Of a DNA stretch of 64,000 nucleotides, positions 39,290 through 48,631 are shown one piece after another. A model generated the notes under the pieces. The model ran no database searches. It worked only from the letters and a program-made list of their open reading frames with translations, and was not told the DNA's origin. Source of the stretch: an uncultured archaeon (GTDB lineage: Archaea > Thermoplasmatota > Thermoplasmata > Thermoplasmatales > Thermoplasmataceae); contig CP009479.1 of the NCBI GenBank assembly GCA_000965745.1, positions 1,728,001 through 1,792,000 on the forward strand. Reading direction: 5' to 3'. The translations under genes and the position numbers were made by a program. The stretch's first letter is position 1. Every line of letters starts with the position of its first letter.

Positions 39290-40342
39290 TCAGTCTTGAG
39301 CATTCCTCTTCATTCTGATTTCTGTCAGACTCTTCCACTGATTTGATACTCTTATCCATTCAAATACTGCGAAGATTCTCCTCGACAGTCCGGGTGAAAT
39401 AAGGTAAACAACAAAAATGGCTATGAAGAAGGGAGGCAGTCTCTCACTTGTTTTTGATACGTCCCTCAGATAGTCTCTGCCAAGTTTAAAGAGCTTCTTT
39501 CTGTCAGCCGCCGGATTCCTGATGACAGATTCTATCACGATCCAGGAATTGATCTTCCAGAAATTCTTCTTTATGACCGGGTCGGTGATCGAGTTAAATA
39601 TGAATTCCCTGTCACGGGCAGCAAGATTTGAAAAGGACTTCCTTTTGCTATATACATGACTAAAGTTGCCAATCATCCTGCTGGCGCTACTGGCGTACCA
39701 CCTCATCCGGGTGAGTTCCTCCATATCCGTCAGGATGCTTTTTCCTGGTGCGAGCGAAGAGTAAAAGATGAAGAGGTCGGGCGCTCTCTCTATCCTCGCA
39801 AGATCCTGAAGCTTCCCCTCAATCATTTCCCTACGGATGGCCATGCAGCTTACGTTGAAGGGAAGTCTTGTGGTGAGCAGGTGGCCAAGCCTGCGGAAAA
39901 TCTCTTGCGAATCACTGAAGTCAATCGGTTCACCGAACTTCTCTCTGTTTATGTATGAAAGCTCGGATCCATTCTCCAATACTACTGTTTCTGGGTTCCT
40001 GTACAGTGTGAGGTTCGGGTATCGGGCGAAAAGAGAACTCAGGTGTTCCAGTTTCTTTGCAGTGAATTCGTCATCGTCCTCCAGAAAGGCTATGATATCT
40101 CCGGAGCTGTTTTTTATTCCGATAGCGAGTTTTGAACCGACCGGAACTTCGTCGGTATAAATCCCGGAGATCCCATGCTCTTCGATGTAGGAGTCCAGTT
40201 CCGGGTCGCGGAAATTCTTCACCACAACGACCTCGTAAGAATTTCTATCCAGGCTCTGAGAAAGAACGGAATCTATGGCACTCCTAAGAAACTCCCTCCT
40301 GTTGTGTGCCACAACGATCACAGAAACATGAGGATTCAGCAC
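39290..40342 (-). CDS. Glycosyltransferase family 2
   Basis: VSVIVVAHNRREFL..AIDSVLSQ, YEVVVVKNF, FLEDDD. Confidence 0.87.
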   Translation of the reverse strand: MLNPHVSVIVVAHNRREFLRSAIDSVLSQSLDRNSYEVVVVKNFRDPELDSYIEEHGISGIYTDEVPVGSKLAIGIKNSSGDIIAFLEDDDEFTAKKLEHLSSLFARYPNLTLYRNPETVVLENGSELSYINREKFGEPIDFSDSQEIFRRLGHLLTTRLPFNVSCMAIRREMIEGKLQDLARIERAPDLFIFYSSLAPGKSILTDMEELTRMRWYASSASRMIGNFSHVYSKRKSFSNLAARDREFIFNSITDPVIKKNFWKINSWIVIESVIRNPAADRKKLFKLGRDYLRDVSKTSERLPPFFIAIFVVYLISPGLSRRIFAVFEWIRVSNQWKSLTEIRMKRNAQD

Positions 40343-40619
40343 TTAAGGTTATCAGTAGTGTAATTTAAGTATTTATCGGTCTACAAGAATATTCTTCATA
40401 TATGCCTTTGATACCCTTTGAAAGGACTTCTACAACATAAGTATTACACGTATTCTACTTAAATTATCAAGTGCATTAATTACTTGCCTAAGTCTAGTTA
40501 CTTGTATTAATACACTTATTATCATTATATCAGTTTATCTGAAATCAAAGCACAGATATGGCAGCATCAAGAGAGTTCAGAGCAACAAGATTAAATCAAA
40601 GACATTAATCAAATGGGAG

Positions 40620-41186
40620 ATGGATACAAGAGAGGTTGAACAGTATATTCAGGAAGGCTTGGAAGCGAGAAGGCTTATAGATGTGGAACAGGTCGTCAGA
40701 ATAGGGAAGGTGATTTCGGAGGCTTACAGGAAGGGGAGGAAGACCATGTTTTTTGGAAACGGCGGCAGTGCAGCTGATTCACAACACATAGCCGCGGAAT
40801 TTGTCGGTCGTTTTGAGAAGGAAAGGAAACCTCTGCCTTCGCTCGCACTTTCTGTTAACTCTTCATCGGTGACTGCAATCTCTAACGATTATTCATACAA
40901 CAATGTCTTTGAGAGGCAGGTCAGGGCTTTCTCCGTTGAAGGTGATGTTGCTGTGGGTCTTTCCACAAGCGGAAATTCCACGAACGTTGTAAACGCCCTA
41001 CGCGCCGCACGGACTATTGGTTGCTACTGCGTGGCCATGACCGGTTCGAAGGGAGGGAAGGTCGAAGAATATGCCCACGAGGTGATAAGAGTTGGAAGCT
41101 CCAGAACGTCTATAATACAGGAAGTGCATATTGCCGTTGGACACATACTCTCAAAGATCGTAGAGGAAGATATCTTCGGACAGTAA
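40620..41186 (+). CDS. gmhA: Phosphoheptose (sedoheptulose-7-P) isomerase
   Basis: GNGGSAADSQHIAAEFVGRF, TAISNDY, STSGNS, IQEVH. Confidence 0.93.
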   Translation: MDTREVEQYIQEGLEARRLIDVEQVVRIGKVISEAYRKGRKTMFFGNGGSAADSQHIAAEFVGRFEKERKPLPSLALSVNSSSVTAISNDYSYNNVFERQVRAFSVEGDVAVGLSTSGNSTNVVNALRAARTIGCYCVAMTGSKGGKVEEYAHEVIRVGSSRTSIIQEVHIAVGHILSKIVEEDIFGQ

Positions 41187-41243
41187 TTCACCTTCTCTCA
41201 AGACTTCTAGATAAACGGAGCGCCAGGCCCAAGAGACTATTTC

Positions 41244-41885
41244 CTACTCGCCGGCTGCTTTCGTATTCTCTTCTTTATGGGCACCAGAACGGGGAAGTGC
41301 ACTAATGAAGGCTTGTACATCCTTCCCATAGAATTTGTCGATTACTCCAGCCAATTCATTTCTGTCAAGCTCCCACCATCTGGATTCGAGGAGGAGACTG
41401 ATCTCACTCTCGCTGAACCTTTCCTTGATAACGCGCGCGGGATTGCCTCCGACCACGGAATAGGGAGGGACATTCTTAGTCACCACTGCGTCACCGGCAA
41501 TTATGGCACCGTGCCCTATCTCGACACCATCGGTAATCATGGCGTTCATCCCGATCCAGACGTCATTGCCAATCTTCACCGGACGTATCGGTCTGTTTTC
41601 CTCTTCTACACTGAGCCCCTGGAATCTGACTTTCATAGGGTACGTAGTTATGCCCATGCTGTGATTTCCACCCAGTATTATTGTTATGGTTCCTATTGAG
41701 GAGTAACGCCCAATTGTTATTCTGCCGCCCTCCTGGTAAGAAAACACATCTATCTTGCCGTAGGAATAGTCTCCGACGGTGCATTCCACATCCCTGAGAT
41801 GCATCAGGAACCTGACATCATTCACAACTCTGACGTTGTAAGATAATTCTTCCAGCTTCTTGCGGAAGAAGCGTTTGAAGTTCAT
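41244..41885 (-). CDS. CatB/Vat-related hexapeptide-repeat O-acetyltransferase
   Basis: [51 protein letters not shown]; start placed at MNFKRFF (the ORF-track extension overlaps the opposite-strand epimerase). Confidence 0.85.
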   Translation of the reverse strand: MNFKRFFRKKLEELSYNVRVVNDVRFLMHLRDVECTVGDYSYGKIDVFSYQEGGRITIGRYSSIGTITIILGGNHSMGITTYPMKVRFQGLSVEEENRPIRPVKIGNDVWIGMNAMITDGVEIGHGAIIAGDAVVTKNVPPYSVVGGNPARVIKERFSESEISLLLESRWWELDRNELAGVIDKFYGKDVQAFISALPRSGAHKEENTKAAGE

Positions 41886-42003
41886 CGGAATTCGAGATGC
41901 ATGGCTGATAATAAACTTCGCTCCATAGAGTTCAGATAGGGTAAATTTACACGCAGGATTTACGAAAGCAAACATATAATATTTCATATGATAACCACTA
42001 CGA

Positions 42004-42909
42004 ATGGAAACTAAGAACATCATCATCACCGGCGGGGCCGGGTTCATCGGGAGCAACCTTGCAGAAGCGTTAAAGGACCACAACCTGACAATTATCGACA
42101 ATCTCCACACTGGAACAGAGGAAAACATCAGGTCTGCCGAATCTGGGGCTACTTTCAAGAAAATGGACGTCAAAGATATTGGTTCACAGACCGGTGACTT
42201 TGACAGCATTTACCATCTGGGGTTCTACTCGGCGTCGCCAATGTACCGTGACAATCCCAATCTGGTATCGGAGGTCATAGCGGGGATGATAGCTGTTCTG
42301 GAGTTCAGTGTAAAGAATTCCAGCCCCCTCGTGTTCTCATCTACTTCCTCAATCTACAACGGAATCCCCGTCCCACACAGGGAGGATATAATTCCCAAGG
42401 TCTCCGATTTCTACACTGAAGCAAGAATCGCTTCCGAGAGGCTGGCCGGACTTTATGCCAAACTTCATGGAGTGAACGTTGCGGCGATGCGATTCTTCTC
42501 AGTCTATGGATATCACGAAAAGGCCAAGGGCGGGTACGCCAACCTCGCGACCCAGTTCCTGTGGGAAATGATGGGGGACAGAAGCCCTGTTGTCTATGGC
42601 GACGGCACACAGAGGCGTGACTTTGTTTTTGTCACCGATGTTGTGGATGCGCTCATCAAAGCATCTTCGATCAGAGGATATGATGTCTTCAACGTGGGAT
42701 ATGGCAAGAACTATGATCTGAATGAACTTGTGTCGAAATTGAACTCTCTTTTGGGAAAGAATATCGCGCCGAAGTACATCGAGATGCCAGTAAAGAACTA
42801 CGTCATGGAAACTCTCGCCGATGTTTCTAACGCATCCGCCAAACTTGGGTTCCGGGCCAAGATCGACCTGGACAAGGGTTTGAGATTGATACACGATTAC
42901 TACAGGTGA
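42004..42909 (+). CDS. NAD-dependent nucleotide-sugar epimerase
   Basis: [45 protein letters not shown]. Confidence 0.88.
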   Translation: METKNIIITGGAGFIGSNLAEALKDHNLTIIDNLHTGTEENIRSAESGATFKKMDVKDIGSQTGDFDSIYHLGFYSASPMYRDNPNLVSEVIAGMIAVLEFSVKNSSPLVFSSTSSIYNGIPVPHREDIIPKVSDFYTEARIASERLAGLYAKLHGVNVAAMRFFSVYGYHEKAKGGYANLATQFLWEMMGDRSPVVYGDGTQRRDFVFVTDVVDALIKASSIRGYDVFNVGYGKNYDLNELVSKLNSLLGKNIAPKYIEMPVKNYVMETLADVSNASAKLGFRAKIDLDKGLRLIHDYYR

Positions 42910-42913
42910 ATTT

Positions 42914-43903
42914 ATGAAAGAAAGGATGATTATGTCCAGGACGCCGCTGAGGATCACTTTTGTAGGCGGTGGAAGCGACCTTCCTTCCTTTTATCGCAGC
43001 GGCGGACCCGGGGCAGTTGTTTCGGCAACCATCAACCGTTACATATACGTGATCGTGAACAAGAAATTTGACAACAGGATAAGGGTCAGCTACTCCAGAA
43101 CTGAAATTGTTGACAGGGTCGAACAGATAGAGCACCCTACTATTAGAGAGGCACTCAAGCTGCTTCAAATCGATGGAGGAATAGAGATCGTAAGCATATC
43201 CGATATCCCTTCATCTGGAACGGGTCTGGGATCTAGCAGCACATTCCTCGTGGGACTTCTTAATGCGCTCCATGCCTACAAGGGAGAATTCGCACCCGCG
43301 AAGCAGCTCGCCGAGGAAGCGGTGATGATTGAACGCAGTATCCTCAACGAACCCGGTGGAAAGCAGGACCAGTATGCCGCCGCTTTCGGGGGGATGAACC
43401 TGTTTGAGTTTTACCCGGACGAATCCGTTTCCGTGAACCCGCTGATCACAAGGGAAGAGAACAGAAAAGCTCTCCAGGACTCCATGTTGCTTCTGTACAC
43501 AGGTATCAACAGAATGTCTGCAGACATCCACAGGAATCAGTCAGCCTACATTTCGGATAAGATGTCAACTTACAGGAAGATGGCCGAAATGGCCCACAGC
43601 TCTTTTAACGCAGTCAGGGAAGGCGATATGGCCACACTCGGCAAATTTATGCACGAGAACTGGAACCTCAAGAAGACCTTAGCCAATGGCATATCTTCAG
43701 GATACATAGACGACAGGTACAGGTCATCAATTGATGCGGGCGCATTTGGAGGGAAACTGGTAGGTGCAGGCGGAGGAGGCTTTCTCCTCCTGCTCGTCCC
43801 GCCAGAAAGAAGATCCGCTGTTGTCTTTGCTGCAGCACCATTCAAGGAAGAGAGCATATCCCTGGAATATGCTGGAAGCAGGATTCTGTTTGTCGGAGAA
43901 TAA
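42914..43903 (+). CDS. hddA: D-glycero-D-manno-heptose-7-phosphate kinase (GHMP family)
   Basis: PLRITFVGGGSD, DIPSSGTGLGSSS, GKQDQYAAAFGG, GGKLVGAGGGGF. Confidence 0.88.
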   Translation: MKERMIMSRTPLRITFVGGGSDLPSFYRSGGPGAVVSATINRYIYVIVNKKFDNRIRVSYSRTEIVDRVEQIEHPTIREALKLLQIDGGIEIVSISDIPSSGTGLGSSSTFLVGLLNALHAYKGEFAPAKQLAEEAVMIERSILNEPGGKQDQYAAAFGGMNLFEFYPDESVSVNPLITREENRKALQDSMLLLYTGINRMSADIHRNQSAYISDKMSTYRKMAEMAHSSFNAVREGDMATLGKFMHENWNLKKTLANGISSGYIDDRYRSSIDAGAFGGKLVGAGGGGFLLLLVPPERRSAVVFAAAPFKEESISLEYAGSRILFVGE

Positions 43904-43945
43904 TTGTGAAGAAACGAGGGTTTGAGTCTTCAGACCTTCTTCCCC

Positions 43946-44965
43946 TCAAAGTAAAATTCTAGATTTGTCAAGATAAAGGCCCTTTTTTTCAGTGCCCAAC
44001 AGGTATTTGTATCGTTCCATGGTGTGTGTCTCGGGATAATCGCCCAATGAGTTGTTTTCAAGCTTCTCCTTTATTTCCATTACGCCATCTTCGATCGTCA
44101 CTGTGGTGTTGTAGCCCAGTACAGACTCTATCTTGCTGAAGGAGGCTCTGTAGGATCTCGTATCAGGGTCCCCGTACCAGAATATCTCGGAGTCCTTATT
44201 CACAGCATTCTTGACGGTCTCAGCTAGATCCTTCAACTTAACATTCAAGGTGGAAGACCCAACGTTGAATACCTCGCCGTTCACAAGCTCCTCATCACTT
44301 TCCAGGGCCGTCTCAATAGCTCTGGAGATGTCGACAACGTGCACGAATGGCCGATATTGCTCGCCATCTCTCATCAGTCCCAACTTTCCTTTCTTCTGGG
44401 CATTCAGGGCCATAGCGTTGATGGCAAGGTCAAACCTCATCCGCTTTGAGAAGCCGAATGCGGTCGCCAGCCTGAGCGCAACCGAGGTAAACTTTGAATC
44501 ACCAAGCCTCAGGTTGTCTTTTTCGACCTCGACATTGGCCTGTGCATAAGTGGTAAGTGGGTTAACCGTAGATTTCTCATCCGCTACGTAGTCCCTGAAC
44601 CCATAGACGCTGCAGGATGATGATACAAGGTACTTTTTCACACCGAGCTTCTTGGAAAGCCTGGCTACCCTAACCCTTCCGATGTAGTTTATGTCCCAGG
44701 TCTTCATCGGATCGAGATCCCCTGCCGGGTCATTGGACAGCGCGGCAAGGTCCACAACAGCATCGTGGTCCCTGAGCAACGATGGATCAAAATATCTGAT
44801 GTCATCCCTGATGAGGTTGCATCCAAGGTCTTTATATTCAGACTCTACGTCATCGTAGTTTAGAAACATCCTGTCGAGCACCGTAACTTCATGACCATGC
44901 TCGACAAGCATTGGGACTAGGACTCTTCCAATATAGCCCGTACCTCCTGTGACAAATATCTTCAA
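43946..44965 (-). CDS. Extended SDR nucleotide-sugar epimerase/dehydratase
   Basis: TGGTGYIG, LAALSNDP, SSCSVYG, YAQAN, RMRFDL, RPFVHV.D; TTG start. Confidence 0.85.
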   Translation of the reverse strand: MKIFVTGGTGYIGRVLVPMLVEHGHEVTVLDRMFLNYDDVESEYKDLGCNLIRDDIRYFDPSLLRDHDAVVDLAALSNDPAGDLDPMKTWDINYIGRVRVARLSKKLGVKKYLVSSSCSVYGFRDYVADEKSTVNPLTTYAQANVEVEKDNLRLGDSKFTSVALRLATAFGFSKRMRFDLAINAMALNAQKKGKLGLMRDGEQYRPFVHVVDISRAIETALESDEELVNGEVFNVGSSTLNVKLKDLAETVKNAVNKDSEIFWYGDPDTRSYRASFSKIESVLGYNTTVTIEDGVMEIKEKLENNSLGDYPETHTMERYKYLLGTEKKGLYLDKSRILL

Positions 44966-44966
44966 T

Positions 44967-45530
44967 TTATCGACCTCTTTTGTAGATGAATGGTGACTTC
45001 AACTCACTAATGGTCGGCCACTCCTCATCCTTGGGCGAAAGCTGAACATCCTTGGAAGGCGAGGGTATGCCCAGCTCAGGGTCGTTCCATAACAGCCCGC
45101 CTTCTGATTCCTTGTTGTACTCACCTGTAACCTTGTAGTGTACGAGGCTTTCTGTGAGTGTAAGAAACCCATGGGCAAACCCAGGAGGAATCCATAGCAT
45201 CTTCATGTCTTCCCCACTCAGGACTTCGGAGACCCATTTTCCGTATGTTGGCGAGCCTTTTCTGACATCCACGGCCACGTCGAGGATCTTTCCATTAATG
45301 GTTCGTACCAGTTTACCTTGATCGTAGGGTGGTGCCTGAAAGTGAAGCCCTCTAATAACGTTTCCATCTGAGAAAGATGTATTGTCCTGCACAAAATCGT
45401 ATTCTATCCCATTATTGAGAAAATCAGATTTCTTGTAGTTCTCGAAGAAGTATCCTCTGTCATCCGAGAATGCTTTTGGCTCGATCAGGATAACATCGGC
45501 AATCTCCTTTGGTGTGAATTTGAATGGCAT
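44967..45530 (-). CDS. rmlC: dTDP-4-dehydrorhamnose 3,5-epimerase
   Basis: DDRGYF, QDNTS, RGLHFQ, KLV, DVAVDVR.GSPTYG, GFAHGF, WND. Confidence 0.95.
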   Translation of the reverse strand: MPFKFTPKEIADVILIEPKAFSDDRGYFFENYKKSDFLNNGIEYDFVQDNTSFSDGNVIRGLHFQAPPYDQGKLVRTINGKILDVAVDVRKGSPTYGKWVSEVLSGEDMKMLWIPPGFAHGFLTLTESLVHYKVTGEYNKESEGGLLWNDPELGIPSPSKDVQLSPKDEEWPTISELKSPFIYKRGR

Positions 45531-45562
45531 CCAAGACAGAATATCCCATTGCTATTTTAATT

Positions 45563-46411
45563 TCATTCTCTCAGTAATCCAAGCGTCTCCTTCATAGCTG
45601 CTATGTTTGAGTCTATTGAGGAAAAGTCTTTCTTGATCAAGGAAAGGGCCTTAGTGGAATCTAGTGAAGAGTCGAATGGCCTTTTTGCCATCATTGAGGC
45701 TACATCATCGGCCTTATTCACAAGGGAGCGTTGAAGTGAGAAGGCATCAGCAATCCTCAGAGCAAAGTCGTATCGTGAGATTCTTTCACCAGCTACATTT
45801 ATGAGGCCTTTTTCTTCCCTAACAACCAACTCCGATATTGCATTGGCAAGATTTGCAGCGTGTATTGGCGAGTAATATCCATGTATTGCTTTAACTTGCT
45901 TTCCCTCTTTCAGTGTGTCCAAAACAAACATCGGAAAATTCTTTGTGTAGCCAAAAACACCGGATGTTCTTACTACGAGGGAGTTAGGATATAGAAGCAC
46001 CTGTACATCCCCAATTAGTTTTGATAATCCGTAGTAATTGATTGGATTTGGTATAGATTCCTCAGAATACCTGCCTAGAATCCCATCAAACACGTAATCT
46101 GTGGAAACGTGTACAATCTTGGCTCCAATGTCATTGCACACACGTGCCAAAATTCCAGGTGCCTCCCCATTCACGGCATAGGCAAGCACATGATTCTTTT
46201 CACACAAATCTACGTTTGCCAAGGCTGCTGCGTTAATCAAAACATCAGGCTCCTCTGAACTGACGATTTCTGAAAGTGTCGCATAGTCAGCGAAATCAAC
46301 AGAACGACCAAGCTTTGAAATGGAATGATAAACCTTAACAGAGTCAGGGTATAGCTTTACAAACTCTCTTCCTAGTTGACCACCCGCGCCAAGGATCATA
46401 ATTTTGCTCAT
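45563..46411 (-). CDS. rmlD: dTDP-4-dehydrorhamnose reductase
   Basis: GAGGQLG, NAAA..VD..E, STDYVFDG, PINYYGLSK, RT, RP. Confidence 0.92.
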   Translation of the reverse strand: MSKIMILGAGGQLGREFVKLYPDSVKVYHSISKLGRSVDFADYATLSEIVSSEEPDVLINAAALANVDLCEKNHVLAYAVNGEAPGILARVCNDIGAKIVHVSTDYVFDGILGRYSEESIPNPINYYGLSKLIGDVQVLLYPNSLVVRTSGVFGYTKNFPMFVLDTLKEGKQVKAIHGYYSPIHAANLANAISELVVREEKGLINVAGERISRYDFALRIADAFSLQRSLVNKADDVASMMAKRPFDSSLDSTKALSLIKKDFSSIDSNIAAMKETLGLLRE

Positions 46412-46421
46412 TAAAACACAC

Positions 46422-47498
46422 TCATAGCTCCAACTTCGAGTCTCTTCCTACGATGAGACGAATAGTCCTGGATTTTGATTTTGTGGGCATTACAGAAACG
46501 TTTGATCCTATGAGACTACCGCATATCCTTACTCCGTCAGAAATCTCAAGACTGCTCCCATCCATTACAATAGAGTCCTCGATCTCCAAGGTCTTAAGAT
46601 GGCAGTTAACCCCTATTGATGTAAAAGGGCCTATGAAGGAGTCCTCTATCACTGATCTATCTCCTATGTAACATGGTCCCAGAACTTTAGTTGTACCTTT
46701 AAATTCTACATTCTTTCCTATATGAACCCTTCCTGAAATGTTCACAGAACTATATTCATAGTCCGTGGGAACATTAGAATCCAATTTGTCCAAAACCATT
46801 CTGTTGCAGTCCAGAAACTCATCTACCGTGCCTGTATCCTTCCACCATCCGGTGATAACCGAATACCCTATTGACATTTCCCGATCAAGCATTATCTGGA
46901 ATGCCTCAGTTATCTCAAGTTCATCCCTCCAGGAGGGTTTCAACCCGTCTATTATCGGAAAGATCGCAGGAGAAAGAAAGTATGCACCGGCTATTGCGAG
47001 GTCAGATCTGGGCTCCTTTGGTTTCTCTACCAGTGAGACTATTTTTCCATTACTCACTTCCGCAATTCCAAACTGTGAGGGATTGTTTACCTTCGTGAGT
47101 GCGATAAGGGTGTCGAAGCTCTTTGAACTAAACTTGTCGACCAACGACTTCAGGCCACTCTGGAAATAATTATCGCCAAGGACTACGACAAATCTGTCGT
47201 TCCCTACGAACCCTCTTGTCATACCTATAGCATGTGCAATTCCTAGTGGTTTTCCTTGATATGTATACGTTATGCTAACTCCCCAATTGGAGCCATCCCC
47301 ATAATATTCCTGCACCTCGCTCTTTCCAACGTCGCCTATAACGATATTTATCTCTTTTATTCCAATCTCGATCAGGTTCATGAGGGCGTACTCGCTGACA
47401 GGTCTGCCGGCCAACGGTAGTAGCTGCTTGACGTCAGTGTATGTAAGGGGTCGCAATCTGGTCCCATTGCCCCCATGAAGGATAACGCCTTTCATCAT
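46422..47498 (-). CDS. rmlA: Glucose-1-phosphate thymidylyltransferase (long form)
   Basis: GGNGTRLRPLT, KQL, PLGIAHA, LGDN, EKP, PSWRDELEIT, WWKDTG; C-terminal hexapeptide repeats. Confidence 0.92.
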   Translation of the reverse strand: MMKGVILHGGNGTRLRPLTYTDVKQLLPLAGRPVSEYALMNLIEIGIKEINIVIGDVGKSEVQEYYGDGSNWGVSITYTYQGKPLGIAHAIGMTRGFVGNDRFVVVLGDNYFQSGLKSLVDKFSSKSFDTLIALTKVNNPSQFGIAEVSNGKIVSLVEKPKEPRSDLAIAGAYFLSPAIFPIIDGLKPSWRDELEITEAFQIMLDREMSIGYSVITGWWKDTGTVDEFLDCNRMVLDKLDSNVPTDYEYSSVNISGRVHIGKNVEFKGTTKVLGPCYIGDRSVIEDSFIGPFTSIGVNCHLKTLEIEDSIVMDGSSLEISDGVRICGSLIGSNVSVMPTKSKSRTIRLIVGRDSKLEL

Positions 47499-47678
47499 AT
47501 TCTGATCGATAAGTATGATATTATACTGATGGATGTGCCATATCCGTAATTAAATAAAGAACTCGGAATTGATCATAAAAGTTTTCGGTTCATATAAGGA
47601 GTCTACTCTGATATTCGCTACATCTAGACCAATATCGGGAAACACAAGTTGTATAGTTGGGATGACCTATCTTACAAA

Positions 47679-48464
47679 TCAATGTGAATTATAGTCCGCT
47701 TTTGTAAAGTCTCTCAGAACAATTCTAGCGTATATCTTCGCTGAAATCCTCCAATACCGTATTAACTCCATCATGTATTTAAGTAGAAACAAAAAATTCT
47801 TATCGACTATTTTTGAGGATCCCCTCTCCCTATCTACCATCGTGAATGGTACCTCTTCCACCGAAATTGACGGATTGGCGGCCATTATGTATAGGGCTAG
47901 CTTGTATGAGTCGGCATATGGAAACAGGCATGAAATGTATTTCACATCTGTCATAAAATACCCTGAGATCGGGTCTTTTACACCCCTCGTCGCTGGGAGG
48001 AAAATGTGCGACATGAATACAGCTCCTCGGCTAATGACTCCCCTCACCGGCGACCACGAATTAGAACCCCCCTTCATATATCTCGATGCGATGATTAATT
48101 CCGACTTACCACGTGACTTTTCTATCATCCTTGGGACCGCCTCAAGCGGGTGCTGAAGGTCCGAGTCCATCACAATGACCGTTCGATTGGAAGCCTGTTG
48201 TGAACCCGTTATGCACGCATTAACCATGCCCATCTTTTGCCATCTTTCGACGAGCTTGATCCTATAGCTATGGCCCGAATTCATGCTTCTCCTTATGATC
48301 TCTTTGGTAGAATCTGTACTACCATCATCCACAAAGACGAGTTCATTAATAGAATGAAGGTTGTTTTCGGAAATAATACGATCAAAGGAATCAAGCAATT
48401 CCTGTACATTGTCCTCCTCGTTGAGGACTCCCAATACTACGGATATGCCACCCACAGACAGCAT
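47679..48464 (-). CDS. Polyprenol-phosphate mannosyltransferase-like GT2 (DPM1-like)
   Basis: NEE, VDDGSTD, MDSDLQHP, ASRY..GG, DPISGYF, R..GSSK. Confidence 0.85.
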   Translation of the reverse strand: MLSVGGISVVLGVLNEEDNVQELLDSFDRIISENNLHSINELVFVDDGSTDSTKEIIRRSMNSGHSYRIKLVERWQKMGMVNACITGSQQASNRTVIVMDSDLQHPLEAVPRMIEKSRGKSELIIASRYMKGGSNSWSPVRGVISRGAVFMSHIFLPATRGVKDPISGYFMTDVKYISCLFPYADSYKLALYIMAANPSISVEEVPFTMVDRERGSSKIVDKNFLFLLKYMMELIRYWRISAKIYARIVLRDFTKADYNSH

Positions 48465-48631
48465 CTGGAAGGTAATTCAAAAGGTTGGATATTAATCTAT
48501 GCCCCATATATGGTTACAAAGTTTCAAAAAATAGTTTTTTTCCTCAAAAATGGACGACTTTATCTTGCCGAACTGAAATCACTATTTGACAAATCTCCAT
48601 AAATCAAGTTTTAGGATCTTGAAAAGAAGTC

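Noticed and set aside
41244-42209. Chloramphenicol/streptogramin resistance acetyltransferase, 321 aa
   Set aside because: It sits among sugar-nucleotide genes, so glycan O-acetylation is more likely. The extended N-terminus is antisense to the epimerase gene.
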